Part shown: in pieces, positions 13,237 to 27,049 of the stretch | Layout: every line of letters begins with the position of its first letter | Numbering within the stretch: the stretch's first letter is position 1 | Assembly (NCBI GenBank): GCA_951406725.2 | Contig: OX597814.1 | Location: forward strand, 183,148,001-183,212,000 | DNA: 64,000 nt | Source: Octopus vulgaris | Lineage: Eukaryota | Direction of reading: 5' to 3' | The notes under the pieces: model-generated | What the model was told of the DNA's origin: nothing | Database searches by the model: none | The model's input: only the letters and a program-made list of their open reading frames with translations | Made by a program: the position numbers and the translations under genes

Positions 13237-13926
13237 GTATGTATGTATACATACCTACATACAAAGATACATACATATACTCAACAAATATGTACACCCA
13301 CAATAATACACCTATAAACAATTAAATATGAGCGTTTTTGATATGCACGAAACTGCTAACAGTAATTGCATACAGAACTCAATATAAACGTAATGATGAA
13401 TATATATGGGTCTATCTGAGTGTATGAGTGTTTCTTCGTGTGTGTGTATGTGGTACTTGTGCGTATGTCTGTGTGTGTGAGCGTGTATGTGTGCGTTTCA
13501 TTGTGTGTGTATGCGTTTCAGTGTGTGTTTGCACATACATACATTTGTCTTCAGATTAGTCGAGCAAACAGGTCAGCTATGACTTGGTTACTCTGTTTCA
13601 AAACAATACTGATTATTTAAGAAACATATTACATTTCTGTTTAGGTATATGTTCCAACATATGAGTGTCTACGAGCTAACAGCTTTTTCGCTTAAACGCG
13701 TTGAATTGGAAACGTATTTCGTATATATTTCATATACGATTGCATTTCATTCATATTTTAAATACGTTTTGTGACAAATCTCTTTAGTGTCCGTTAAAAG
13801 CTGGAGTGATAATTATCAATTATTCAGGTATACACGTGATTGCATACTCACTCACGCTTGAAGATACACAAGGATACGCACGCATACATTTACATGCAAG
13901 CACACGCATTGGTGTATATATGTGTG

Positions 13927-14027
<101 letters not shown>

Positions 14028-14140
14028 TGTGTGTGGATGTGTGTGTGCATGTATTTGTGCGTTTCTAAGTATATATACAGGCTGGACCAAAAGTCACATA
14101 CCAAGATATTTGATATTTTCCTTCCATTACGTTGTTGTTG

Positions 14141-14205
<65 letters not shown>

Positions 14206-14325
14206 TGTTAAGACTATATAGGACCGAGGTAACTTATCCTGAATTTATACACAAATAAATAGAAAAGTGCCATATCATGTGAAATTGGTTGATATTTCGG
14301 TATATATATGATTATATATTGTTAT

Positions 14326-14558
14326 ATTTCAGGATGGCCATTTTTTCTTGCCAAATAAACATACGCACTGTATATTCGTTCTTCACTCGTGTATTATTGC
14401 TTTTAGATTATCTTATGTCCATTGTCTAGAAATTATTCGTCACACACTTGTGACCTCTTCAATGACATTTCCATTTCACGTGTCTCCTCCTGTTCTCTTT
14501 AGTCCATTGTTGTTTAGAATTTATTTGGCAAGAAAACAAAAATGACCATCCCAAAATC
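14326..14558 (-). mobile_element. Short element with ~35-bp terminal inverted repeats and a degenerate hammerhead core
   Basis: atttcaggatggccattttttcttgccaaataaa vs tttatttggcaagaaaacaaaaatgaccatcccaaaat; minus strand 14466-14424 reads gtca TTGAAGA g gtcaca agtg tgtgac GAAT aat tt ctagac; relative at ~61290-61420. Confidence 0.6.
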
Positions 14559-14606
14559 TATTTCAACACACGATTTCACATCAGGAATCTTGCTAAACAA
14601 ATTCAT

Positions 14607-14668
<62 letters not shown>

Positions 14669-14673
<5 letters not shown>

Positions 14674-14765
14674 TAATCCAAACAAGAAAACAAAAAGACA
14701 ACGACGCAAGGATGTGGAACAAATAAAGTATTATTGGACGCTCAGGAAAGAAGGGAAGAAGGATA
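14669..14765 (-). mobile_element. 3' terminus of a (TA)n-inserted element, same family as 60880-61080
   Basis: aagttaatccaaac..gtggaacaaata.agtattattggacgctcaggaa is shared with 60881-60960, and both abut (TA)n at the same junction. Confidence 0.8.
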
Positions 14766-15087
14766 TATCTTAGCTGCTTTATCGGATAAGAGCAAAGCCA
14801 TTGTGAGGCCAACGTGAGGTACTTGTATGACACTTGACCCCCGGCGAATGTTTCACATATTCTATTATATAATGCACAGCTGTGCTGGGTGGCAGAAAAA
14901 ACAGGTGCTAGAGTGTGAACTCTTTTGACATGTCTTTTCAGTCATGTGTGCGTTGATGTGTTTGTGATGTGATGCTTACATGTTTATAGTAAATATGTGT
15001 GTATATCTATAGGTAGAATTCGCAATAAAAACAAAAGACGAAGACAGGTGATGTAGACAGATGTATTAGTTTAACCAATGTATGTAT

Positions 15088-15505
15088 AGGCGCAGGAGTG
15101 GCTGTGTGGTAAGTAGCTTGCTTACCAATCACATGGTTCCGGGTTCAGTCCCACTGCGTGGCACCCTGGGCAAGTATCTTCTACTATAGCCTCGGGCCGA
15201 CCAAAGCCTTGTGAGTGAATTTGGTAGATGGAAACTGAAAGAAGCCCGTCGCATATATGTATATATATATGCGTGTGTGTGTTTGTGCGTCTGTGTTTGT
15301 CCCCCTAGCATTGCTTGACAACCGATGCTGGTGTGTTTATGTCCCCGTTACTTAGCGGTTCGACAAAAGAGACCGATAGAATAAGTACTGGGCTTACAAA
15401 AGAATAAGTCCCGGGGTCGAGTTGCTCGATTAAAGGCGGTACTCCAGCATGGCCGCAGTCAAATGACTGAAACAAGTAAAAGAGTAAAGAGTAAAGAGAA
15501 AGAGT
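15088..15505 (+). mobile_element. Full-length tRNA-derived SINE family A
   Basis: A-box-like gtggctgtgtggtaag, B-box-like ggttcagtccc, conserved body, internal (TA/TG)n, 3' ggcggtactccagcatggccgcagtcaaatgactgaaac and an (AAAGAGT)n-type tail; many copies in the window. Confidence 0.9.
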
Positions 15506-15509
15506 ATAT

Positions 15510-15862
15510 ATACATAATTTTTAGAATGAAATAAAAATCCAAGACTGGGAATATTTTAGAATATTTATAAATAGAAGGTCTTACAGCGGTTTCCGGGATA
15601 TTTTATATATCCCTTCATCGGAGATGGTGTGAGAAAATAGTTGAGCAATAGTTAATTTAGATAAGATATGAAATAGAGAGTGAAGTGGAGGAATGAAAAT
15701 AGATGTCAAATGTGCAGGGATATTGCATCTGTAGATCCATAATTTAGGCAGAATGGTATACATAAAAGATTCCAATACCTTTTGAGTAAGTTCCAACAGT
15801 ATTTAAAATTGGTCATTCCAAGTATAGTGTTTGTACACAATGTTATTGAATCTAGGGTTTTA
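15510..15862 (-). mobile_element. 5'-truncated Penelope-like element end (GIY-YIG C-terminal remnant + hammerhead) between (TA)n
   Basis: TQKVLESFMYTILPKL resembles the PLE endonuclease C-terminal LE...I....P.LN motif; hammerhead follows; TA runs on both sides. Confidence 0.65.
15579..15624 (-). ncRNA. Minimal type I hammerhead ribozyme motif
   Basis: Minus strand: tct CCGATGA a gggatat ataaa atatccc g GAAA ccgctg TA aga. Stem I tct/aga, 7-bp stem II, near-palindromic stem III. Confidence 0.75.
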
Positions 15863-16817
15863 TATATATATATATATGAACGTGACTCTGACTGTTTAAA
15901 TTATGGTTCAAATTCAACAAGTAAATTATGGTTTCACTATGGAATATCGTGAAATGTAGAATTCTTCACGTTGCGTTAGATACCTTCCCATTGACATAAT
16001 TCTTAGAAATTCATTCTTTTTATCGCATTATCATATTAGTATCTTTTCACTTTCATTTAGGCAATTCGCTAAACCTTGTAGTGGTTCTTTTGTTGTAAAT
16101 GTTGATGGCGGTGTTATATATATATATATATATATTATTAGTTGTATTTGCATTATTTCTTGTTAGGTCTGTTATCATCACCTGACACAATTATTAACTT
16201 ACCTGAGCTGAGCTTGTCTGATGGTGAAAGATACGCGAAATATCTTCTTATCATATTCCCGTTATTTGTGTAATTTCATATGTTGAAAGAATCGTTAATT
16301 TCCGTTGTTGAAATATGAACATGGGGAAAGAGAAAGCTAGTAGTGATAGTATTAGTAGAGAAAGAGAGAGAGGGAGAACGAGAAGAAAAACGTGAGAGAG
16401 AAGGGAAGAGAGAAAGGGACAGAGAGAAGAGGAGTGGAAAGAGAAGAGGAGAGGGAGAAGGGAAGAGAGGCGGAACAATCATATGTTTGAGAGAAAATTA
16501 ATAAATATGCAAGGATATATGCGTGTTTGCTTGGAAAATATAAACATAGGAGCAAATTCCTGAGATGAGCGGAATAAAGAACCGAACTATAGTTTCGTGC
16601 GATCAGCCATTCGGTCGACCGGATATATCAGCGGGTTAGCAAGGAATGAAATGGTATTACTGCATGAACTATGTGTGGTTGTCATCTGTTATATATGCAA
16701 AGCGGGGATGGTAAAAATCTTATTTTGATTTTTCACGAATGAATCTGTACACCCGTCGGGGCGTTGAAATCGGTAAACCATTTCTTTTACGATTTTGGAA
16801 CTCGATTTCGAAGTATA

Positions 16818-18112
16818 TACACGGTGGTATCAACAAGTTCCCAGGCTAGGTCTGTAGAGTACCAACAGATGGCAGCACACTGTTGCATGCGCGGTAAGAG
16901 CTAACAGTGACCTTCATGAAGTAGTGTACCGAGAGACATCGTGGTGTCTACTTCGCAAGTTGTGAAATTTGTGCTTTTGTAATCACGTGTATCCTGTAGT
17001 CTGCGACTTTGTCATGGAACAAAGAATCAACGTGAAATTTTGCGTTAAACTTGGGAAGTCTGCTGCAGAGGCATGGAATTTGCTCCGGCAAGTTTACTGC
17101 AACTACGCCACGGGACTTACGCAATGTTTTGAGTGGTACGGGCGCTTCAAAGGCGCAACGACAGAGCCCTGCTCAATCAAGAGCATGCTGATCGTTTCTT
17201 TCGACATCGGCGTGTTGTGCATCGAGAATTTGGCCCCTAGGGTGACCATCAATCGAGAGTTCTACTACCACGTTTTGAAGCGATTCAGCGGGGACATTCA
17301 GCGAAAGCGACCAGATTTGTTGGGCGCAAATAAATTGATTCTTCACGACGACAATGCACCCTGTCACCGAGCTCTCCTGACTTTTGTGTTTTTCAACAAC
17401 ATAGGAGTGACTGTGTGGTAAGTAGTTTGCTTACAAACCACACGGTTCCGGCTTCAGTCCAACTGTGTGGCACCTTGGATAAGTGTCTTCTACTATAGCC
17501 TCGGGCTGACCAAAGCCTTGTGAGTGTATTTGGTAGACGGAAACTGAAAGAAGCCCGTCGTAGATATGTATATATATATGTGTGTGTATGTGTGTGTATA
17601 TGTTTGTGTGTCTGTGTTTGTCTCCCCCAACATCGCTTGACAACCGATGCTGGTGTGTTTACGGGTTCGGCAAAAGAGAACGATATAATAAGTACTAGGC
17701 TTACAAAGAATAAGTCCTAGGGTCGATTTGCTCATCTAAAGGTGGAGCTCCAGCATGGCCGCAGTCAAATGACTGAAACATGTAAAAGAGTAAAATACTA
17801 ACATGGTATTGCTTCCGTACCCGCCCTATTCGCCAGATTTAGCACCTGCGAGAACCCATCTCTTCCCCATGATGAAAATGTAGCTGAAAGGTCGCCGTTT
17901 TTACACCGTTGTCGAGAACCAGAGCGAATCGCAGAAGGTCTTCGACTCGCTTACAGAAAGCGACTTCCAGGTTGGATTCCAAAAGCGGCAGGAACACTGG
18001 AATCAGTGTATTACTGCCCAAGGCGACTATTTCGAAGGAGATGATGATAAAACTTACATAAATAAGTTGTTATTTTATTAAACATAACTAGTCTGGGAAC
18101 CTTTTGATACCA
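16818..18112 (+). mobile_element. Mariner (DD34D) element, internally deleted, with TIRs and a SINE insertion
   Basis: Left TIR gtggtatcaacaagttcccaggctag vs right ctagtctgggaaccttttgataccac; MEQRINVKFCVKLGKS..CFEW..RFK, LHDDNAPCH, and PPYSPDLAP after the SINE. Confidence 0.9.
17403..17795 (+). mobile_element. SINE family A inserted in the mariner transposase
   Basis: Homologous to 15088-15505; splits the HDDNAPCH and YSPDLAP coding segments. Confidence 0.9.
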
Positions 18113-18288
18113 CTTGGGAAAAAATAAATCTATAAATATTAGCATGTAATTATTGGGTTGAAAATCCTTTTGGATAGAAACAATCGAAGGTTGCCCGAGG
18201 GTCTCTGAACCCGCATCTGTACACATGACAGGTGTCCTACAATTGTAACAAAGCAATCTATTTTAGAAACTTGATACTTTCTCACGAC

Positions 18289-18520
18289 AAGGCGGCGAGC
18301 TGGCAGAACCGTTAGCACGCCGGGCGAAATGCGTAGCCGTATTTTGTATGCCGTTACATTCTGAGTTCAAATTCCGCCGAGGTCGACTTTGCCTTTCATC
18401 CTTTCGTGGTCGATAAATTAAGTACAAGTTACGCACTGGGGTCGATGTAATCGACTTAATCCGTTTGTCAGTCCTTGTTTGTCCCCTCTATGTTTAGCCC
18501 CTTGTGGGTAATAAAGAAAC
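18289..18520 (+). mobile_element. tRNA-derived SINE family B
   Basis: aggcggcgagctggcagaaccgttagc..gagttcaaattccgccgaggtcgactttgcctttcatcctttcg..ggggtcgatgtaatcgac..aataaagaaa; repeated many times. Confidence 0.9.
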
Positions 18521-18559
18521 AGATACTTTCTCACGAGATTTCTTTGTTGTTGACGTAAT

Positions 18560-18755
18560 AGGAATCGTTAGTATACCGGACTAAATGTTTATCGGCATTT
18601 CATCTGGTATTACGTTCTGGTTTCAAATTCCGCCGAGGTCGGCTTTGCTTTTCATCCTTTCGGTGTCGATAAAATAAGTACCAGTCGAGTGTCAGGGTTA
18701 ATGTAATCAACTAGCTCCATTCTCTCAGTATTTCAGGTCTTGTGCCTATAATAGA
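18560..18755 (+). mobile_element. SINE family B, older variant
   Basis: tcaaattccgccgaggtcggctttgcttttcatcctttcggtgtcgataaaataagtaccag core with a ggtcttgtgcc tail. Confidence 0.75.
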
Positions 18756-19868
18756 CAAAGTTACTAACGCAATCGATAACTTTCCGATAGTAGACATTTA
18801 ATTGATACTGAGATTCTGCTTTCTAGAAGTTACTTCGGGTCTAGAGAAGGCATCTGTCTCTACAGGTCAGTCATTATAGAACAAAACGGCGACTAACCTT
18901 AATTTGTACGATCACAGAAGAATTGAATCCATTCGTAATTTCTATCTATAAATCTTCCTTTCACATCCAGACATTAATCAACTCATTATTCAAACATTCA
19001 ATACGAGAAGGAATGACTTCATCAATAAACCAATCTAAACTATTTAATTAAACGCGCTTAAACCAGGAATTTCTTTTCAAACAGGGAGCGTATAAATCAT
19101 TATATGATATTGTATATAATCCCGACGTTAAGAATATGCGTACAATTAGGGAAGACAGAATACTTACACACATTTAGACATAGGTGAAGACATGCTGACA
19201 TGTTACGTTCTAGATCTTCTGTACACAATTCAATTAGAATTGTGTCTGAAACTTGTAGCAAATTATGAGGCACCGGGTGAATAATAAAACGCCTACAAGA
19301 TCATTTCTTGCCTTTTAAATTAAGTTTGCTACATTAGAACTCGTAATTGTGTTCAAAATAACGTTTGTATTCTAATAAATAGAATACCATTGCAACTCAA
19401 TTTTATTATTACGCTACTTCAAAGAATGTTGAACTGTTTTGGTTTTTATTCGGCTATCACCATTTTGATTATAAGATTTATGATTTTAGGTTAATAAGTA
19501 GTTTGGTGTCTTGCTTTGTAATGGCTAACTGTAAAGTATATAAGTGATCTTGTTAATTTAGAGCACTTGATCTCAAATAGTGCACAGCAAGGGATATCTA
19601 GATGCACCGCAGATTTTTAAAAATATAATCTACGCTTCAGGAATCCCAGACTAATTGCCGAGTGTCTTGAAAAACGTGTCATTCACAATATTGTTATACA
19701 CAAATATGATTAATAAAACAAGACACGCTACGATTCTTTTTCATATATTTTTCTAAACTTTTAACTTTTAAATGGTTTGTTTTCTAAACTTCCTTTAGAA
19801 AAAGTGTGTTACTAATTTCTATGCAAAATCTGTTGTGCTACGAAACCACACAATCACTCACTCACTCA

Positions 19869-19925
<57 letters not shown>

Positions 19926-20646
19926 ACACACAAAGACATTATTGGTTTCGAGTTACAATATTTTTTACAGCTGTTTCCCTAAGACGTCAGATAAGAGCGG
20001 AATGACTGAAATGGTAAAGTATCGCACAAAATTCTTTGCAGTATTTACATACGCCTCTTTACTATCAAATTTCAGATTCTACCATCGAGATCGACATTGA
20101 CGTTCGTCTCTTAAAGGCTCAATAAAATATAAAGCAATTATACATACTAATTTACATTTAATTCATTATATCTCTGCTCTATAAATTTGTGGCTTTATGC
20201 CAAATTAAAAGATCAATAATTCAAATAAGAATTCGGTTATCTTCTCTAATTAGAATTCTATAGCTCTTAAAAACATTTCTTATTTCTCTCTCTCTCTCTC
20301 TCTCCCTTTCTCCCTCCCTCTATTTATCTATATTTTTTTTTTTTTGTGTTACCAATTTTGACCCTCCGCAAAATCCCAAATTTTATTTAATTTGCTTTGC
20401 GGGAGCAACTATTTTATCGAAAACGTATATTGTTGTTAAATGCGCGAAATACGAGAGTAGAAAAACAGACACAAACTGATGAAGGGTCGTTCTTTATGTT
20501 GTTTGTCTTGTTTTTCATTTGTGTCTTTCGTTGTTCGAAAAAATAATTCATATTCCAATTATATTAATATGTGATTGAACGCCACGCATCCTCTTCCTAG
20601 TAAGTTTTCTATCTATCTATCTATCTCTCTCTCTATATATATATAT

Positions 20647-20707
<61 letters not shown>

Positions 20708-20749
20708 CATATATGTGTGTGTGTGTGTATATTTGTATCCGTGTGACTT

Positions 20750-20960
20750 TGTGCTTGTGTTTGTCCTCCCTTCATTGCTTGACAGCCGATGTTGGTGTGC
20801 TTACGTCCTCGTAACATAGCGATTCGACAAAAGAAACCGATACAATAGGTACTAGGCTTACAAAGGATAAATCCTAGGGTTGTTTTCTTCGACTAAAACA
20901 AAAGCACTTTATGGCCGTGCTCCAGCATGTCGGCAGTTAAACAGGTAACAGAATAAAAGA
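20750..20960 (+). mobile_element. SINE family A, 3' half
   Basis: cattgcttgacagccgatgttggtg..gtactaggcttacaaag..gtgctccagcatg. Confidence 0.75.
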
Positions 20961-21003
20961 TTAAAAATATATATTCATATGTATGTATATGTGTGTGTAT
21001 GAA

Positions 21004-21047
<44 letters not shown>

Positions 21048-22389
21048 TTCTAACGCATTTTAATACAAGTAAATACAAAAACCTGATAGTACGTGCCGAT
21101 AACTGTAGTTTTTATTTTTAATGTATTCTGTTTACCTTACTACCTATTCTTTCTACAATAAACTGGAAATAAATATTCTATAATCTGAAGGGATTGCTAT
21201 GTTTATTATATTTCATATAATTTCTTGTAGATTTATGCGGAAAATTCTCTGCGGGAAAGGTTTTATTGCTCTAAATATTAAAACAGCTTCCTTTCATCAT
21301 CCGTATTGCACGCTTTTTAGCACGTGTAAGTATTAAACAATGCAGTTTCTTTGGCAAGGTTGTCCTTGAACACAATGTATATCATTAAAACTAGTCAAAA
21401 CGAAGGCAGATACATGGTGTGCTGTTTTATTGACATTAGGTATATCAGTATGGTGTAAAAGACGTTGTAGTTCACAAGCAGATAAATGGCGACACTTTGA
21501 AGGCATAGATAAATCGTTGTTGATTTCTTATTTATTTCTCGCTTCATTGTTTAACACCTTTTTTCCGACCCAATACACAAGAATACAGTGAAGGTGTTTG
21601 TCATTTAGTTTCTCGAATTTCTCCCTCTCATTTTTTCTCTTTGGCATTCTGTTTGGCTCTTTGACCATACGTCTGTCAGTCTTGTTCCTCCCATCTTGCG
21701 CTATCTGCTTTTGTCAGTCTATTTTCCACTTCCAACAATCACTTTTTGCTGTCATACGCATGTGTAAACGGGAAAATTGCATTTGAGATAAACTCAACGA
21801 AATTGAGTAGCTGGTATGTAATGGCGGCGGTAAAGTGAGAGCGAAAAGAAGTAATAAAGGAAGAAACAAAGCAGTAAAGAAATACGAGAAAATGAACGTT
21901 AGAAGCTTACCACCGAAAACACGCGTAGGATTGGTCACAATGTTTTCTTTTTTTATATTTCTTTGGGTGCTAAAAGCCGTCATTGGCTTCGCTAAACTTC
22001 AGAATGAAATCTAATTTATTCGGTGCTACGTGCAGAAATATTTCACACAATCCGAAAAATAAGATAATAAAAAACAAAATACTGAAGGGAAACTAAAACA
22101 GCTAACATCGTGGTTGTGTGGTAGTGTGTTTGAATATGTTGTTAAGTGTGGTAATTGTGTGTAGTGTAGTGTATGTGTCATGCATTCGTATACATCAATT
22201 TATATTCAAAATCTGTGAATCGGCATATGTGTACACATGTATACGTGAGAGCATTGTGATGTCGCTATACAAATGAATACATTTATATATGTTGGCAGGT
22301 GTACAAGTGTGAGTATATATATCAACGTTTGTGTGTATTCTGGAGAATATTTCCGAGTAAATAAGCATTTATGTTTATTCATCTCTCTG

Positions 22390-22474
<85 letters not shown>

Positions 22475-23123
22475 CTATTTGCAGTTACACCCACACACAC
22501 GCATACATATACACACATATATATGAATATATGAATATATGCAAGCATATGTGTGTACATGTATAGATATATATTTATGTATGTATACATATATGTATGC
22601 GTGTATGTGTACGTGTGTCTGTGTGCACGTAGTGTCTATATATGCATGTATGTATGTATGTATGTATGTATGTATGTATGTATGTATGTATGTATGTATG
22701 TATGTATGTATGTATGTATGTATGTATGTGTGCACGTACGTGTCTATGTATGTATGTATGTGTGTGTATTTATGTTTATATGTATATATTTATATATAAG
22801 GTGAACATAGCTGATTGCCTACTTTTATGTATACTGCAGCATAAACAAAGGTGTTGGTATATATGTGCGTGTGTGTATGTGTACACACATACACACACAC
22901 ACAAACATGGGGTTTCGAACACCTATAGTATGTATATGTGTAAAGTGTTGTTAGTTTTCTATATGCTTGTGACTATAAGCTCTCCCGTTATTTTTTTTCT
23001 ATCAGTGTTTATGCGTTCGTATGTACGTACATAAATATCACACGCACACACATTTACTTATGTATATATATGTCTGTCTGTGTACATCCCTGTGCATGGA
23101 CATATATATATATGTCTCTAATA

Positions 23124-23187
<64 letters not shown>

Positions 23188-24619
23188 TTTGCCCGTATTT
23201 AAGTGTAGCTGTGTGCTCCCACGCGTGTGTATGTATATACAACGAAAGGAATTCAGGAGCAATTTTACTTGCAAATAAATCCTGCGTTACTCTGAAAATG
23301 TGGAAATGAACATAAAATGACAAAAAAAAAAAACAGAAAGAAAAAAATGTACAAGAAAGAAAAAAAAAAAAACGGCAAAAACAAAAATCCTCCTTCTCCG
23401 CCGCTAAAAATTCGACTGAGTAAGTGAGAATATGTAATAAGCGAAGGCGAAAAAGCGAATGTGTATGGGTACACGAACATAGTTTTTCCCGTTTGATAAT
23501 TTTCATTATTCTTTCTGCTTTTTATTTTTTTTTCATTATCCATACTTATTTGGAGAAAAATAGTTGTACATAGGAAAGAGAAAGATCACACCACACGGTG
23601 GCTTTCCTGTCATTTCTTATTTTCCACGTTAACTATTCCGTAGTTTATTGCAGTTTTCATCGTAATGGAGAGTCGAAATTTACTTATTTTCTCTGGATAT
23701 CACATCAGTGTAGCGGTTATTTTCGTTAGAGGAAAGATTATTTTAAAAAATTATAAAAGCTATGTGTGGAAACAGTATTCAATCGTGAACTGCACATATT
23801 AATGGTTTTATTTTCTTGTTAAGTAGACAGGGTCAGTAAACTATAAGTATTCTAGCGACAGGAAACGAACTGACAATCTTTTGATCGATACAATCTGTTG
23901 TGTATTTATCATAGCCTTTCTTTCTGTCCACTTTATTCTTTCTATCCACTTTATCCTCAAAAAGTTCGTAGATAAAAATAAAGCAGAATGGTTAGTTTGT
24001 CGTAAGGAGAGGAAAAATCGAACATATACGGCACTTGTCCTTTGTTGGACAGAAAAAATGAAAAAAATTACTTTCATACTTTCATATACATACGTACATA
24101 CATGCATGCATGCATACATACATACGTACATACATACATGCATACATATATGCATACATACATACATACATACATACATACATACATACATACATACATA
24201 CATACATACATACATACATACACACATACATACATATGAACGTAGATAAATAAACACACACATAGGCGCACTTGTCTTTGTTGGGACACAAAATACACAC
24301 ACACACAGACACATACACGCACACACACACATATGCACAGACATTCCACTTTGTGATGTACGCGTGTGAGTAAGCACGAGAGTGGGTATGTATGTATGCA
24401 TATATGTATGAATGTATGTATGTATGTATGTATGTATGTATGTATGTATGTATGTATGTATGTATGTATGTATGTATGTATGTATGTATGTATGCTTACC
24501 TGAAATATGAGTGGATATAGTTTCCGTCACTAGAGCCTGACAATTCGGTGCCGTCGAAGTGTAAATACACAACAAAGCTTTTGCAGTGTTATTCTCAGTA
24601 GGAGTTTTGTTTCCCACTT

Positions 24620-24925
24620 ACAGGATCCTGAGAGACAACATATTCAGTGAGCCTCCAGAATTGGTTATCTGGTGGGTTGATGCATGCGTCGTCTTGGAGG
24701 GGAGTAACAGACTCTTAGATGTAAAAAAAAAAAAAAAATAGGAAGGAAAATTGATCCGGAATTAGAATGGAGATCCTTTACAGGTGAACCCAGAATACCT
24801 GGAAAAGATCCAGGATCTTATTGAGCTGCCGAAGGGAGAACTCCACGTTACGGTGAAAGGCAGAAGACAAAGTTGTTACATATGTCGCGATGTCAATAAT
24901 CTAAAAGCCTTCTGCCAACAATAGA
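24620..24925 (+). pseudogene. LINE ORF1 (gag-like zinc knuckle) relic
   Basis: 24781-24924 reads QVNPEYLEKIQDLIELPKGELHVTVKGRRQSCYICRDVNNLKAFC, a CX2CX4(H>N)X4C knuckle preceded by V.V.GR as in L1/Tx1-type ORF1. Confidence 0.55.
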
Positions 24926-25133
24926 ATGCGAAAACATGGATGCCTCTGTTGCTTCCGACACTACAAATACAACAACTATAAGACCAAAAACAGTAGGGAC
25001 AGAAACAGCAACAGTAGCAACTAATGTACGAGCGAAATCAGTAACAAATATAAAAACAAAAACAACAGCTGTGCAACCGAGCAATAACAGAAGTAGCTAT
25101 AGAACCTGCCATGACAACAGTAACATTATCTAC

Positions 25134-25367
25134 AAGGCGGCGAGCTGGCAGGAATGTTAGCACGCCGGGCGAAATGCTTGGCAGTTTTTCGTTTGCCGCT
25201 ACGTTCTGAGTTCAAATTCCGCCGAGGTCGATTTTGCCTTTCATAATTTCGGGGTCGATAGATTAAGTACCAGTTACGCACTGGAGTCGATGTAATCGAC
25301 TTAATCCGTTTGTCTGTCCTTGTTTGTCCCCTCTGTGTTTAGCCCCTTGTGGGCATTAAAGAAATAA
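25134..25367 (+). mobile_element. SINE family B
   Basis: Near-identical to 18289-18520. Confidence 0.9.
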
Positions 25368-25611
25368 GAGAATAGATGGAAGGATCAACTAGTAGGTTAT
25401 ACTCAAATTAGTCATGACATACCATAAAACTAAGTTTTGGGAAAATGGAGAAGAGAAAGAAAATCAAAGGTATTCTTTTAAAAGAAAGATGGGGGGGGGG
25501 AAAGTAAAGTAGGCGTCCTCGTCTTAGCTGTTACCTTTTTCTCTATTTACATATATTAACTTGGCGCAATTAGAATAACGGCATATTTTTATTCTTACGA
25601 TACCTTAAAAT

Positions 25612-25797
25612 AGGTATTTCGTCTGCCGCTACGTTCTGAGTTCAAATTCCGCCGAGGTCGACTTTGCCTTTCATCCTTTCGGAGTCGATAAAATAAGTAC
25701 CAGTTACGCACTGGGGTCGATGTAATCGACTTAATCCGTTTGTCTGTCTTTGTTTGTCCCCTCTGTGCGTAACCCCTTGTGGGCAGTGAAGAAATAA
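25612..25797 (+). mobile_element. SINE family B, 5'-truncated
   Basis: Runs from ggtatttcgtctgccgctacgttctgagttcaaattccg to gaaata. Confidence 0.9.
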
Positions 25798-26774
25798 GTA
25801 ACATTATCTACAACGGAAACAACATGGTGAACATCAGAAACAGAATTTATCAATCTCAATACAATATACCACAAGGCATAACTCCTAGTTTCGGTTCACT
25901 CAGTCTTGTGAGGACGGCAACATGGGTGAAAAATGGAGAAATGTCTCAGTAAGAGGGGGAAAAGACAAAACACTAATAAAATAACTGACTTTAAAAATAA
26001 TCTACTCCACGTCTCCTGCGTATCTGCCCATAGAAACATCTTCATGGACCATAGCAATGGATATTGGAATGACTTCTCTAAGACATAGTGGCTTTAATGA
26101 TGAAATAACGCAAGCTTCATCTCGCAAGGTCATACGAGTCACGCTTGGAAAGTCAACTTGTGTAATTCTACGCTTAACTTTTTTCCCAAGAACACAGTAA
26201 AACTGTCTCACTCAATCACCAAAATTTGTGTAAAATATAGCCTCATCTACTATAGCAAAATTGAAAACGAATTGGTATAACTTTGACAGTCCTTGTGAAT
26301 CTACCACTAGCATCTTTGTCTTGAGAAATGCATAGTTTATGTACACTGTCAAGACTAATTCTTCCAACAAAGTATACATTGGGCTAGCTCCAAACAACTT
26401 TGAAGTTAATTATTACTAGCAACAATCAGTAACAAACTTACAAACAATCAGAACAAATTTACCGGTTTTGCCGGTAAATTTCATCGGTCGTCCAGCAGCA
26501 CCCCGTGCATGTAAATTATGAGCATTGCCCCCTATTTATGCATTTAAGTATTTGTGTAATTAATGTAACAGTGAAAAAGAAAACATAAACTAAACAAACA
26601 AAACTTCACAGTAGTTTCAATTCCATAGGGAATTTCTTTGCAAAGGGGATTTTTTCCGGGTGGATGCAAATGAATAAAGAGATACGAGTATAAACTAGTA
26701 ACAAAACGGTTAGGGACTACAAACTATCGAGGGAATGTGGTATTGTGATAGGTGAAATAAAACACCGAATTGAT

Positions 26775-27049
26775 GCCGTTTAAGAATAAAAAATAAATAA
26801 ATGCGCCCTTTTAAAGCCTAGCCAGGCTTATGGGCCCGGTTTCCCGGTTTCTATGGCGTATGTGATCCCGAGCTGGAAGGGACGCCAGTCCATCGTAGCG
26901 TTACTCATTTTTGCCAGCTGAGTGGACTGGAGCAACGTGAAATGAAGTGTTTTGCTCAAGAACACAACGCGTCGCCCGGTCCAAGAATCGAAACCCCAAT
27001 CTTACGATCATGATGCTGACACCCTAACCACTAAGTCACGCGCCTCCAC
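26775..27049 (-). mobile_element. tRNA-derived SINE family C variant
   Basis: Minus strand gtggaggcgcgtgacttagtggttaggg..tttcgattc..gaccgggcg..tgtgttcttgagcaaaacact..cgatggactggcgtccc..gaaaccgggaaaccggg with an (ATTT)n tail. Confidence 0.85.

Noticed and set aside
16218-16250. ctgatggtgaaagatacgcgaaatatc as a hammerhead
   Set aside because: The core is mismatched and the stems are not convincing.
20476-20545. CTGATGA motif as a hammerhead
   Set aside because: No stem II/GAAA/stem I arrangement could be built.
26455-26481. 11-bp hairpin aaatttaccgg/ccggtaaattt as a terminator
   Set aside because: It is short, has no associated gene, and the context is eukaryotic.
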